Assembly: GCA_963695335.1 (NCBI GenBank)
Contig: OY968764.1
Coordinates: 224,001-288,000, forward strand
Length of the DNA stretch: 64,000 nt
Source of the DNA: an uncultured bacterium
GTDB lineage: Bacteria; Babelota; Babeliae; Babelales; Vermiphilaceae
Direction: 5' to 3'
Position 1 is the stretch's first letter. Each line of letters starts with the position of its first letter. This document shows, piece after piece, positions 39,747 through 49,186 of this stretch. Position numbers and translations under genes: made by a program. Under the pieces are notes generated by a model that had not been told where the DNA came from, made no database searches, and saw nothing but the letters and a program-made list of their open reading frames with translations.

Positions 39747-41315
39747 ATGAAAAAACTATCCATCGGCATTCAAACATTTTCTAAATTAATAAAAGAAAAT
39801 TATATATACGTTGATAAAACTGATATCATTCATCAACTCATCAGCCGTGGTAGTTATTATTTCTTTTCTCGTCCTCGTCGATTTGGTAAATCTCTGCTTG
39901 TTTCCACGCTGGCCGAAATTTTCAGTGGAAATAAGGAACTTTTTTCAGGACTCGCAATAGATTCACTACCATATGATTGGGAAAAACATCCTGTAGTACT
40001 CATTTCTTTTGCAGGAATATCTTATTCTACTCTCGAAACCTTAGAAGATGGCATCAAGCTTTATTTGCAAGATATTGCACATAACTACAATATTTCTCTA
40101 GAAAAAAATCTTACTCCAAGTGAAACATTACGTGCTCTTATCAAAGAGCTCGCAAAAAACAAGCCTGTTGCTTTGTTAATTGATGAATATGATTATCCTA
40201 TTTTAAAGCATATTCATCATCAAGAAATGGCTGATGCAATCCGTGAAACATTGAAAAATTTTTATACCGTTATTAAAGACCTTGATCCTTATCTTACATT
40301 TGTCTTTTTGACGGGTATCAGCAAGTTTCCCCGAACATCAATTTTCTCAGGCCTCAACAATTTAAACGATATAAGCTTAGATGCAAGATATAACAATCTA
40401 CTGGGATATACAGAATCTGAAATAACTACCTATTTTCCAGACTACTTAACGTCTGCAGCTCAACAAAATAATTATAATGTTAATACATTACTGCAAAACA
40501 TAGAGCTTTGGTATGACGGTTATAAATTCTGTAGTGCACCCAATGCTATCAAACTATATAACCCATTTTCAGTCTTACTGTTTTTTTCAAAAGAAAAATT
40601 TTCCAATTATTGGTTTGAAACAGGTACTCCAACATTTCTTATAAATCTGATTAAACACCACAATTATCCTATGCAAGATTTTGAAGCCATACAGGCTACT
40701 GAACTCGAATTAGGAATGTTTGATATGCATACTATTCCATTAAAAACATTATTATATCAAACGGGATATTTAACCATTCGCGGATATGATACTTTTACTC
40801 ACAACTACATTCTTGGATATCCAAATAAAGAAACTATCGATTCGCTCAGCTCGCTTGTTCTTTCATCCATGACTTCTTTATCTGGTGATCAATTTAACAC
40901 CATTGTTGCCAAATTGTCCCAACTTTTTGACCATTACAAACTAGATCAATTACATTCTTTATTAACAACAATCTTTGCAACAATCCCCTATGGTATTCAT
41001 GTCAATGAAGAAAAATATTATCAAACGATTTTTTATTTAATTCTCAAAATGATTGGTGCTCACATAATTGTTGAACATCAAACCAATATTGGTCGAATAG
41101 ATGCAGTTATTCAAACAAAAAATGATTGTTTTATTATTGAATTCAAAATAAACGCTTCAGCTGAAACTGCATTACAACAAATCGAGAACAAAAAGTATTA
41201 TCAACAATATCAATCCCTTAATAAAAAAATCACGTTAATTGGCATTGCATTTGATACAACCACAAAAAATGTTAGCAATGTTATATACAAAGGAATGGAA
41301 GAATCACTCCTATGA
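39747..41315 (+). CDS. AAA-ATPase-like protein with C-terminal PD-(D/E)XK nuclease domain
   Basis: YVDKT, RPRRFGKSL, LIDEYD, YNPFS, YWFETGT, GRID..IIEFK..ALQQI..K.Y. Confidence 0.9.
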   Translation: MKKLSIGIQTFSKLIKENYIYVDKTDIIHQLISRGSYYFFSRPRRFGKSLLVSTLAEIFSGNKELFSGLAIDSLPYDWEKHPVVLISFAGISYSTLETLEDGIKLYLQDIAHNYNISLEKNLTPSETLRALIKELAKNKPVALLIDEYDYPILKHIHHQEMADAIRETLKNFYTVIKDLDPYLTFVFLTGISKFPRTSIFSGLNNLNDISLDARYNNLLGYTESEITTYFPDYLTSAAQQNNYNVNTLLQNIELWYDGYKFCSAPNAIKLYNPFSVLLFFSKEKFSNYWFETGTPTFLINLIKHHNYPMQDFEAIQATELELGMFDMHTIPLKTLLYQTGYLTIRGYDTFTHNYILGYPNKETIDSLSSLVLSSMTSLSGDQFNTIVAKLSQLFDHYKLDQLHSLLTTIFATIPYGIHVNEEKYYQTIFYLILKMIGAHIIVEHQTNIGRIDAVIQTKNDCFIIEFKINASAETALQQIENKKYYQQYQSLNKKITLIGIAFDTTTKNVSNVIYKGMEESLL

Positions 41316-41968
41316 ACAACAAAATATTATTATCACTCTCACTCTTTTTAGTATTCCCTGCAGCAACACATTGCATGGAAAAAGAAATAGTTTTAAAACC
41401 AAAAACTATGCAAGAAATCAAAAATGAATGTGTTAAGTTTGAAATAACATTACATAATAACTACTTATTCTGGTGGTGGGGTACAACAGATTGCCCCAAT
41501 AGCTTCTTTTTAGACTGCACCTATCGTCAAGAATTTCACAAAGAAACATATAGAGAACGAGCTTCTCATTGCCAAAACTTACAGACTATATTAGATGAAA
41601 ATTTTTTTCGATCATATAATATTAAAAATTTGTCAAAACTACCAGCTGATCAACTAAAAATTCTCAAAAAGATACGTTCTGATGAGGATGCATTATATTC
41701 ATGTTTGGGGTCTGCTACCATGGCACAAAATGTATCGTTTCAAGAAATAAAAGAATTTATACAAAAATTACTAAATCTTGGATTTGCACCAACTCCAAAC
41801 GATAAAGAACTTGCTTTCTTCAGAAAATATCAAGAATTTGGGCCAGCAATAATCAAAAAAATGTTATTGCTGCAAGACATATTGCTTACATTAGACACAG
41901 ACATACGACAAGCATTCATAAAATATATACCTCTCCTCATGTTTGAAATAGAAGAATCATTACTGTAA
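41312..41968 (+). CDS. Secreted paralog family member 4
   Basis: ..FPAATHC|MEK..PKTMQEIK; EFGPAIIKKMLLLQD..EESLL. Confidence 0.7.
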   Translation: MNNKILLSLSLFLVFPAATHCMEKEIVLKPKTMQEIKNECVKFEITLHNNYLFWWWGTTDCPNSFFLDCTYRQEFHKETYRERASHCQNLQTILDENFFRSYNIKNLSKLPADQLKILKKIRSDEDALYSCLGSATMAQNVSFQEIKEFIQKLLNLGFAPTPNDKELAFFRKYQEFGPAIIKKMLLLQDILLTLDTDIRQAFIKYIPLLMFEIEESLL

Positions 41969-41980
41969 AAAAATAAATTT

Positions 41981-42502
41981 ATGAACAATAAAATAAAAAT
42001 AATTATCGGCCTGGGCAACCCCGGCAAACAATATCACTACAATCGTCATAATATCGGCTTTCTAATCCTTGATGCACTCGCAGAAAAGCATAACGCATCA
42101 TGGCACAAAAAAGGTGATTATGAGTATGCAGATATAGAAGTTAAGGGTGAAAAAATTACACTCGTCAAGCCACAAACATTTATGAACAGTTCTGGCAAAG
42201 TGATTCCTGGTTTATTAAAACAAGGCCTTAAAGCAGAAAATTTATTAGTGGTGCACGATGAACTGGAAAAGCCACTGGGAACTATTCAATTCAGAACCGG
42301 CGGAAGCCACCGCGGACACAATGGGTTAAGATCAATTATGGAGTTTTGTGGCCCAGATTTTATGCGTTTACGATTTGGTGTTGGGCGTCCAGAAAAAAAA
42401 GAAGAAGTTGCTCAATATGTTTTAAGCAACTTCGATACACGTTCTGATGATCTTGAAAACATGATTAATCAGTCGGTAAAAATGATTGAAGAAATGTTAT
42501 AA
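41981..42502 (+). CDS. pth: Peptidyl-tRNA hydrolase
   Basis: GLGNPG, RHNIGF, KPQTFMNSSG, HDEL, GHNGLRS. Confidence 0.96.
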   Translation: MNNKIKIIIGLGNPGKQYHYNRHNIGFLILDALAEKHNASWHKKGDYEYADIEVKGEKITLVKPQTFMNSSGKVIPGLLKQGLKAENLLVVHDELEKPLGTIQFRTGGSHRGHNGLRSIMEFCGPDFMRLRFGVGRPEKKEEVAQYVLSNFDTRSDDLENMINQSVKMIEEML

Positions 42503-42505
42503 TTC

Positions 42506-42739
42506 TTACTGATTCTTGCGAGCACTGACATGTGTTTTATGATTGTGTCTTCTTGGCTGATGTATGCGCGTGTTAGTGCGATTATAATTGTTCTGGTGTG
42601 TGGCGCGATTGTTATTGTTATAAAATTTCTTGTGTGGCACATATATTATACAAACATTGCCTGATGATCTTGCTTGCATGCACAATACTGTGCAAAAAAG
42701 CATACCTGCTAAAATAATCCAATTTTTCTTCATTATCAT
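42506..42739 (-). CDS. Small secreted basic protein
   Basis: Signal peptide; N/H/R-rich tail; AAGGA RBS. Confidence 0.5.
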   Translation of the reverse strand: MIMKKNWIILAGMLFCTVLCMQARSSGNVCIIYVPHKKFYNNNNRATHQNNYNRTNTRIHQPRRHNHKTHVSARKNQ

Positions 42740-42750
42740 TCCTTTCTTTT

Positions 42751-43215
42751 TTATCCACGTCTTCTATGTTTTGGTTTTGGTTGCTGCACATATTTATTAT
42801 GCTGCGCATGCTTTTGCTGTTTTATTCGATTATTATTTTTATAATATTGTGGTTGTTGTGTATGCGTAACTTTCTTCAATTGCAACAACATCTGCTGACG
42901 CTCAAACCTATCTGCTTGCCGTTCACGAAACTCTGATATACGCAGATTTGTAGAACTTGTTTGTGCTTGTATTCTTTCTTGTCTTTCTCTTGCCTGCCTT
43001 AAACTCAATTGCTCTTGTTGCCGTACAATTTCATTTATCCCTTGCATAAGAACACCGAGAATAAGCGCACACTTCTCATATGCTCTTGTTTGCGATCTTT
43101 GGCATATTTCTTCTATCCACTTATCAATCTTTGCAGAATCAATATTATGCTCAGCCGGCAATGCAACACAAAATATACTCAATAATACTGCAAGTATACT
43201 TTTATTTACCATCAT
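42751..43215 (-). CDS. Secreted hypothetical protein
   Basis: Signal ..VALP|AE; basic Q/K-rich tail KPKHRRRG. Confidence 0.6.
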   Translation of the reverse strand: MMVNKSILAVLLSIFCVALPAEHNIDSAKIDKWIEEICQRSQTRAYEKCALILGVLMQGINEIVRQQEQLSLRQARERQERIQAQTSSTNLRISEFRERQADRFERQQMLLQLKKVTHTQQPQYYKNNNRIKQQKHAQHNKYVQQPKPKHRRRG

Positions 43216-43606
43216 ATAACCGCTCTATGTTGAGTTTATAAACCCAGCTCGCTTCTCTGTTTATTTTTATTGCTTTTTTATGCTCAACTGAGCGTCTTTC
43301 ATGACCCTGTTTTGCAGCCTTCTTTTTAATTTTTTCCATTTCCTGTTTTGATATATAATCTTCTGGTTGTTTCCGGCACTGCTCAAGTTCTTTCGTTTCC
43401 CTTGTAAGAAGTTCTAAAATAGTTCTACTATGATACTCTGTTGGTAATTCTTGTCGTATTTGTCTATCAAACACAAATAAACGCCCAACAGGATAGCCAA
43501 TTGGTCTGGGTATAACAACAGCATTACGCTCAGCAGGCAACGCAACGCCAAAACTTATTAATGCAAGTGCAATTATGCTGCACTTTATTATATTTTGTTT
43601 AATCAT
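43202..43606 (-). CDS. Secreted hypothetical protein
   Basis: Signal ..VALP|AE shared with neighbour. Confidence 0.6.
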   Translation of the reverse strand: MIKQNIIKCSIIALALISFGVALPAERNAVVIPRPIGYPVGRLFVFDRQIRQELPTEYHSRTILELLTRETKELEQCRKQPEDYISKQEMEKIKKKAAKQGHERRSVEHKKAIKINREASWVYKLNIERLYDGK

Positions 43607-43609
43607 AAT

Positions 43610-46198
43610 TTATCTCTGTAACCACTGTTTAATAGCATCACCAAGATGATGATTATATGTGCCGCCACCACCTTGAATACTGTTTTTTACCACTCCACCA
43701 CGCAAACCATGTGAGCTCAACCATGTTGCAAACTGTTTCATATCAACAACGCTCGTAAACGCTGGTGATACTGCGGTGTAAAACATTGTTTGATTATCAG
43801 ATGAACTTGTTACAAAATAAAAACCTGGTAATTTTTGCTCAAACTGGTTCACAATCAAACGCATATCTTCAACAGTAAGTCCGGGAATATTAATACATAA
43901 AAACGGCATATCATTCACACGCTCAACTGATTGTAACCACTCAGGAACACGAGATACAATTAATTGCTGTTTTAGTTGCTTAACTTCCTGTTGTGCAAAC
44001 TTTAATTGCTCTTTTTGTTTGGCAATAACATCAAGCACTTCTTCACGCGTAACTTTATATTCTTGCGACAATGTTTTAACGGTAGAAAAAACATTCTGGA
44101 ACAAATCAATTGCTCCAGGACCAGTTACTGCAACAATTCGACGATGTCCTGCAGAAAGTGCAGAACTTTCTGTTATTTTAAAGGTACCAATATCACCCGT
44201 TGCATGCACATGCGTACCACCACACAACTCAACAGAAAAATCATCAACTTGCACAACACGTACTTTTTCTGGTTTATATTTTTCACCAAAGAATGCAAGC
44301 GCTCCTTTTTGTTGCGCTTCTTTTAAACTGCAATAATCTATATTTACGGGAATATTTTCACGAATTTTTTCATTCACTAAATCTTCTACACGTTTAATAT
44401 CATCTGCAGAAAGTTGACTGTTATAGGTAAAATCAAAACGTAAATAATCAGGGTGCACTAATGACCCTGATTGCTGAATCTGTTTTCCAAAAATCTGCAT
44501 CAATGCCGCTTGCAACAAATGCGTAGCTGTATGATTTTTCATTGCATTGGTACGCCATGTTGTATCAACGCGTGATGTGATTGCATCACCGATATTAATT
44601 TTTGTTGGAGCAACAATCTGTGCTGCAATTGCATTGCCAATAAAACGTACATTGGTAATTGCTGTTTCTGTACCGTTAATAGTGATCCAACCCTGATCAG
44701 GCACTTGTCCACCACCAACAATAAAAAATGGTGATTTTTCTGCGATTACATAGCATTGCTGCCCTGCATCAATAGATTGCACACTTTGTTCACCGGCAAC
44801 CAACGCTGCAACTTTTGATATTGTTTCTAGTTCATTATAACCAGTGAACTCTGAGGTAATGCCAACTTCAAGTTGTGCTAACGCATCAACTGTTTTTTTA
44901 CCTGATTGGTTTTGTTGTTTTTCCATTTCTACATCAAAGCCAGCCATGTCAACGGTGTATCCTTTTTCACGTGCAACAGCGCCAATCAATTCTATAGGAA
45001 AACCATACGTATCATACAGTTTAAACGCTTGATCGCCGGTAATTAATTTAGTTTTTTGAGATTCTTCAAAATATTTAGCGAGTATCACTTTGCCACGAAT
45101 TAAATTTGCAGAAAATTTATCAATTTCACTTTTGAGCGTTGTATAAATAAGATCTTTGTTTGCAATAAGCTCAGGATATATTCCACCAAACTCTTCCACC
45201 ACGGTATAAGAAAGTTCAGGGAAAATATTTTTATCAGTCAGTTTTTGTACAAACAGTGCTGCACGGCGAATAATTTTACGCAACACATAACCACGCCCAT
45301 CATTGGTTGGTGCACATCCATCTGCAATAATCATCGTTGATGATCGGATATGATCTGCGATTACACGAAACGCTGCTTTATGTTCAATATCCTGTTTTTC
45401 ATACGATAGTCCTGTTAACTCTTCAATACGGCTCAATATCGGTGCAAACAGATCGGTTTCATAGACAGAATCTTTATTTTCTACTACAGCACACAGTCTT
45501 TCAAGACCCATTCCTGTATCAACACCGGTTTGTTTAAGTGGTTTTAAATCACCATTAAGTTGGCGATCAAATTGCATAAAAACAAGATTCCATATTTCAA
45601 GAAAGCGATCGCAGTCACAACCCGGTCCACATTCAGCTATATCAGCGTGCCCATATGCTGCACCACGATCAACATAAATTTCAGTACATGGACCACATGG
45701 ACCAACATCACCCATTTGCCAGAAATTATCTTTCGCTCCTAAGCGATAAATTCGGTTTGCAGGAATTTTAATATCATTTGCCCAAATTGCATACGCTTGG
45801 TCGTCTGTTTCAAAAACTGAGACATACAACTTTTCAGCATCAAGATTAACTTCTTTGGTCAAAAAGTCCCACGCGTACTGAATTGCATCTTTTTTAAAAT
45901 AATCGCCAAAAGAAAAGTTACCCATCATTTCAAAAAAAGTAAGATGCCGTTTGGTAAACCCTACATTATCAAGGTCATTATGCTTACCGCCAGCACGCAC
46001 ACATTTTTGAATAGACACAGCACGATTATAACTCCGCTTTTCTAAGCCTAGAAAAAGATCTTTAAACTGATTCATTCCCGCATTGGCAAAAAGGAGCGTT
46101 GGATCTTGCGCTGGAATTAAAGAGGAACTTGCGACTGCTTCATGCCCATTTCTGACAAAAAATTGTATAAATTTATTTCTAATATCACGGGATTTCAT
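43610..46198 (-). CDS. alaS: Alanine--tRNA ligase
   Basis: DPTLLFANAGMNQFK, HLTFFEMMGNFSFGDYFK, HTATHLL, ELCGGTH. Confidence 0.97.
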   Translation of the reverse strand: MKSRDIRNKFIQFFVRNGHEAVASSSLIPAQDPTLLFANAGMNQFKDLFLGLEKRSYNRAVSIQKCVRAGGKHNDLDNVGFTKRHLTFFEMMGNFSFGDYFKKDAIQYAWDFLTKEVNLDAEKLYVSVFETDDQAYAIWANDIKIPANRIYRLGAKDNFWQMGDVGPCGPCTEIYVDRGAAYGHADIAECGPGCDCDRFLEIWNLVFMQFDRQLNGDLKPLKQTGVDTGMGLERLCAVVENKDSVYETDLFAPILSRIEELTGLSYEKQDIEHKAAFRVIADHIRSSTMIIADGCAPTNDGRGYVLRKIIRRAALFVQKLTDKNIFPELSYTVVEEFGGIYPELIANKDLIYTTLKSEIDKFSANLIRGKVILAKYFEESQKTKLITGDQAFKLYDTYGFPIELIGAVAREKGYTVDMAGFDVEMEKQQNQSGKKTVDALAQLEVGITSEFTGYNELETISKVAALVAGEQSVQSIDAGQQCYVIAEKSPFFIVGGGQVPDQGWITINGTETAITNVRFIGNAIAAQIVAPTKINIGDAITSRVDTTWRTNAMKNHTATHLLQAALMQIFGKQIQQSGSLVHPDYLRFDFTYNSQLSADDIKRVEDLVNEKIRENIPVNIDYCSLKEAQQKGALAFFGEKYKPEKVRVVQVDDFSVELCGGTHVHATGDIGTFKITESSALSAGHRRIVAVTGPGAIDLFQNVFSTVKTLSQEYKVTREEVLDVIAKQKEQLKFAQQEVKQLKQQLIVSRVPEWLQSVERVNDMPFLCINIPGLTVEDMRLIVNQFEQKLPGFYFVTSSSDNQTMFYTAVSPAFTSVVDMKQFATWLSSHGLRGGVVKNSIQGGGGTYNHHLGDAIKQWLQR

Positions 46199-46319
46199 GT
46201 TTTTATCCTTTATATCATGACTTATATCTTTATTATTATGCAGCAGATTACGTTTCTTTTCTATTTTTTTAAACTGCGATAACCTGATGAAATATTTCAA
46301 ATTACCAAGCCCCCCCAAA

Positions 46320-46454
46320 CCGTTCGCCCCTGAGTGTTCTACGAAATGCAATGTAGTAGAATATATCGAAGGGTGCAAAAAGGTACAAAGTTATTGTTAT
46401 TCCGCATCCTTCGATACGTTTTTGAAGACAAAAACACTCAGGACGAGCGGGGGG
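46320..46454. repeat. Inverted pair of family A long repeats
   Basis: CGTTCGCCCCTGAG..TCGAAGGGTGC followed by its reverse-complement-like GCATCCTTCGA..CTCAGGACGAGCGG. Confidence 0.75.
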
Positions 46455-46477
46455 AAATCAAAAAAAAAGGAGCCCCT

Positions 46478-47395
46478 ATGTTTCTTCCCATCGTACTTTT
46501 ATTATTATCTTCATATACTCACGCAATACCAAGCTGGCAATATATGCCATTCGATCAAGCAATGCAAAAAGATATCTTCCCCAACGCCATCCCCGCAACA
46601 GAACGCATCACCGGCATTGATGGAATTGGACTGTATAACTTTTTTAAAGATATATATGAAGCATACAACCCAGCAGTTATTGAACAAAGCACTGAGCTTA
46701 AAATCCCTAAAATTATTCACCAGATTTGGCTGGGCAGCCCCGTACCAGAAGCATTTGTAGATCTGCAGCAATCATGGATTGAACATCACCTCGGGCGTGA
46801 TTGGTTATATAAATTATGGACTGATGAAGATGTTGCACAGATGCAACTGTATAACCAAGAGTTTTATGATGCATCAGATAACTATGGGGTAAAATCAGAC
46901 ATTTTACGCTGGGAAGTTTTATATACATTCGGCGGAGTTTACGTTGATATGGATTATGAATGTTTGCGCGCACTCGATGATTTCCATTACACCTATGATT
47001 TTTATACTGCCCTACAACCACTCGACACTTTGTTTGTTCAACTCGGAGCTGCACTCTTTGGCTCACGCCCAGGTCATCCAATTTTACAACATTGCATAGA
47101 GACGATTAAAAATGATTGGCATCTACAAGGAGCACCTAAAAAAACAGGGCCCGTGCATTTTACTAAATCATTTTGTGAGCGTGCATGCATGAACGGCAAC
47201 ATAGATATTGCATTCCCTGCGCTATACTTTTATCCGCTCGGTTGCCGAGACACTGAAGCAAAAAGAATTGAATGGATACAACAAGGTTCTTATGCTGTGC
47301 ATTGGTGGGCAAAGAGTTGGATGCCAAAAAATTATCGTCCGGCTGTGTTTAGAGATATAGATAATGACGCTTCTGCTGCCCGCTGGAATGATTAA
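46478..47395 (+). CDS. GT32-like (OCH1/Gly_transf_sug) DXD glycosyltransferase with signal peptide
   Basis: IPKIIHQIWLG, SDILR.E.LY.FGGVYVDMD, TGP; AAGGAG RBS. Confidence 0.88.
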   Translation: MFLPIVLLLLSSYTHAIPSWQYMPFDQAMQKDIFPNAIPATERITGIDGIGLYNFFKDIYEAYNPAVIEQSTELKIPKIIHQIWLGSPVPEAFVDLQQSWIEHHLGRDWLYKLWTDEDVAQMQLYNQEFYDASDNYGVKSDILRWEVLYTFGGVYVDMDYECLRALDDFHYTYDFYTALQPLDTLFVQLGAALFGSRPGHPILQHCIETIKNDWHLQGAPKKTGPVHFTKSFCERACMNGNIDIAFPALYFYPLGCRDTEAKRIEWIQQGSYAVHWWAKSWMPKNYRPAVFRDIDNDASAARWND

Positions 47396-47400
47396 AAAGT

Positions 47401-47432
47401 AAAAAAAGCCTCCTTTTGCAGGAGGTTTTTTT
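47401..47432. terminator. Terminator
   Basis: AAAAAAGCCTCCT..AGGAGGTTTTTT. Confidence 0.7.
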
Positions 47433-47442
47433 ATTATTCTTT

Positions 47443-47490
47443 TCCGCTCACCCTGAGTATCTTTGTCTTCAAAAATGTATCGAAGGGTGC
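47443..47490 (+). repeat. Family A long repeat
   Basis: CCGCTCACCCTGAGTATCTTTGTCTTCAAAAATGTATCGAAGGGTGC, close to rc of 46402-46452. Confidence 0.8.
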
Positions 47491-47507
47491 AACAATGCCA
47501 TACATTT

Positions 47508-48155
47508 TTACCGATTAAAATAATACATCAAAAAAGCAATCAATCCAGCAGAGCAAACTATTATTGTTTCTGTATATGGCATATAAGACTTTTCACCAGT
47601 AATCTGTTGCATTTGTTCTTTCGTTAAAACTACTTCAACAAAATTAATAGGGTCTTTCTTCATAACACTTTGTACTACTTCATTCGTATCTGCAATATCT
47701 ACATTGGATACAAAACGAATCATACATTTTGGAGTAAGCATTTTTGAATTATCTATCATTCGATGAACTAAACCTGCATGCGCTACTTTAGTACTTAACT
47801 CTTTTCTTAATTGATTTTTTAATTCTACTAAAGATTCATCTGCAAGATCTATTTTATACTCATTTTTTGAATGTAAACCGTTAGATTGGTGTTGATATTC
47901 TTTGCTATTCCCGTGTATTGTTATGTTATCTGGATTAACAATTAATTGTAATTCACTTATCTCGTCTGTTTTTATAAAATCATCTAACTCTGAAACTGGC
48001 ATAGCACTAAGCCTTGGAACTATCTTAGAAATTCTATAATCACTAACATCGGCATTATTCCTCCGAACTTGAGCAATTATATTTTGTTCAGGTTCAGATG
48101 CTACTACAGAAGAAAAAGCACATATCATAAGAAAAGAAAGTAATTTATTATTCAT
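47508..48155 (-). CDS. Signal peptide plus C-terminal TM protein (paralog 1)
   Basis: MNNK..VVA|SE; VLTKEQM; AGLIAFLMYY. Confidence 0.7.
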   Translation of the reverse strand: MNNKLLSFLMICAFSSVVASEPEQNIIAQVRRNNADVSDYRISKIVPRLSAMPVSELDDFIKTDEISELQLIVNPDNITIHGNSKEYQHQSNGLHSKNEYKIDLADESLVELKNQLRKELSTKVAHAGLVHRMIDNSKMLTPKCMIRFVSNVDIADTNEVVQSVMKKDPINFVEVVLTKEQMQQITGEKSYMPYTETIIVCSAGLIAFLMYYFNR

Positions 48156-48283
48156 AAAAAAACCTTATATTGTTAATGTAAGAAATTAAATAATATTTCT
48201 AGTGTATCGCATTATGCTGTAAAATCAAACAAAAAAGCCTCCTTGGAATAAACCAAGAAGGCTCATATAAATTTTAAAATTAT

Positions 48284-48934
48284 TTACCCGCGTCCCAATA
48301 ACGCCATGCCTTTAGAATAAAGATCCAAATACCACATCAAAAAAGTAATAAATCCCGCTACGCCTAAACTTACTAACATTGAACGCATAGCAGATGGTTT
48401 TTTCATAGATATAATTTCTTCAACTTGATCTTGTGTAAGTACTAAAGAAATTACATCAGACTGATCTTGTTTCTTTAGAAAATGCATATAAAAATACGTA
48501 TACTTATCTTTTTTATATAATTCATAACCATCTTTAATTCTTTGCCGAAAAAGAAGACTATTACGATTATCCATCGAAATAAGAATGTTAGCTTCATCTG
48601 TTTTTGTTCCGTGATATGTTGAAAAACCTTTTATATCAATAGGATAACCAACCTCGCCCCCCTTGCTACTAGCAAAACCAAATTCTCTTCTATCTCTAAC
48701 CGAACCATTTACATCACCAAATGATAATGGTTTATATGTTCCTATAATCATGTATCCAGCGAAGTCTTTTTTCCGTGATGAAGTACGCTGCACCTGAATA
48801 AATGCCTCTATGCTGTTTTCCGATTCTGTTAAAGATGGAGTCTTTTCCGGTATCATTACAGATGAATCATGTTCCGATGCTATTAAAGATGAAGTGAAAA
48901 ACAAGACGATACAATAAACAAATTTATTATTCAT
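48284..48934 (-). CDS. Signal peptide plus C-terminal TM protein (paralog 2)
   Basis: MNNK..LIA|SE; VLTQDQV; AGFITFLMWY. Confidence 0.7.
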   Translation of the reverse strand: MNNKFVYCIVLFFTSSLIASEHDSSVMIPEKTPSLTESENSIEAFIQVQRTSSRKKDFAGYMIIGTYKPLSFGDVNGSVRDRREFGFASSKGGEVGYPIDIKGFSTYHGTKTDEANILISMDNRNSLLFRQRIKDGYELYKKDKYTYFYMHFLKKQDQSDVISLVLTQDQVEEIISMKKPSAMRSMLVSLGVAGFITFLMWYLDLYSKGMALLGRG

Positions 48935-49027
48935 AAAAAACTCATATATATGTAAAATTGAAAACATTAATTATTATGTTCAGTGTATCGCGTTATGCTT
49001 TAAAATCAAACAAAAAGCCCCCTTTTT

Positions 49028-49158
49028 ACCCCAATCTCCACTTCGTTACAATCGGGGACCCCATCAAAAGAAACTGGAGATAAGATCAAACAAGTTCAGC
49101 ACAAACGGAAGAAAATATTTCTATCCCGTTCGTGCTGAGCCTGTCGAAGCATACGAAC
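49028..49158. repeat. Family C unit plus inverted pair of family A repeats
   Basis: ACCCCAAT..ATCGGGGACCCC; CAAGTTCAGCACAAACGG; CCGTTCGTGCTGAGCCTGTCGAAGCATACGAAC. Confidence 0.75.
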
Positions 49159-49186
49159 TCTTTTTATAAACTATAAAAAAATTATT

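Noticed and set aside
46199..46477. Long N-terminal extensions on alaS and the GT32 ORF (likewise 217-318)
   Set aside because: They run through intergenic repeats; downstream ATGs have RBSs and match family starts
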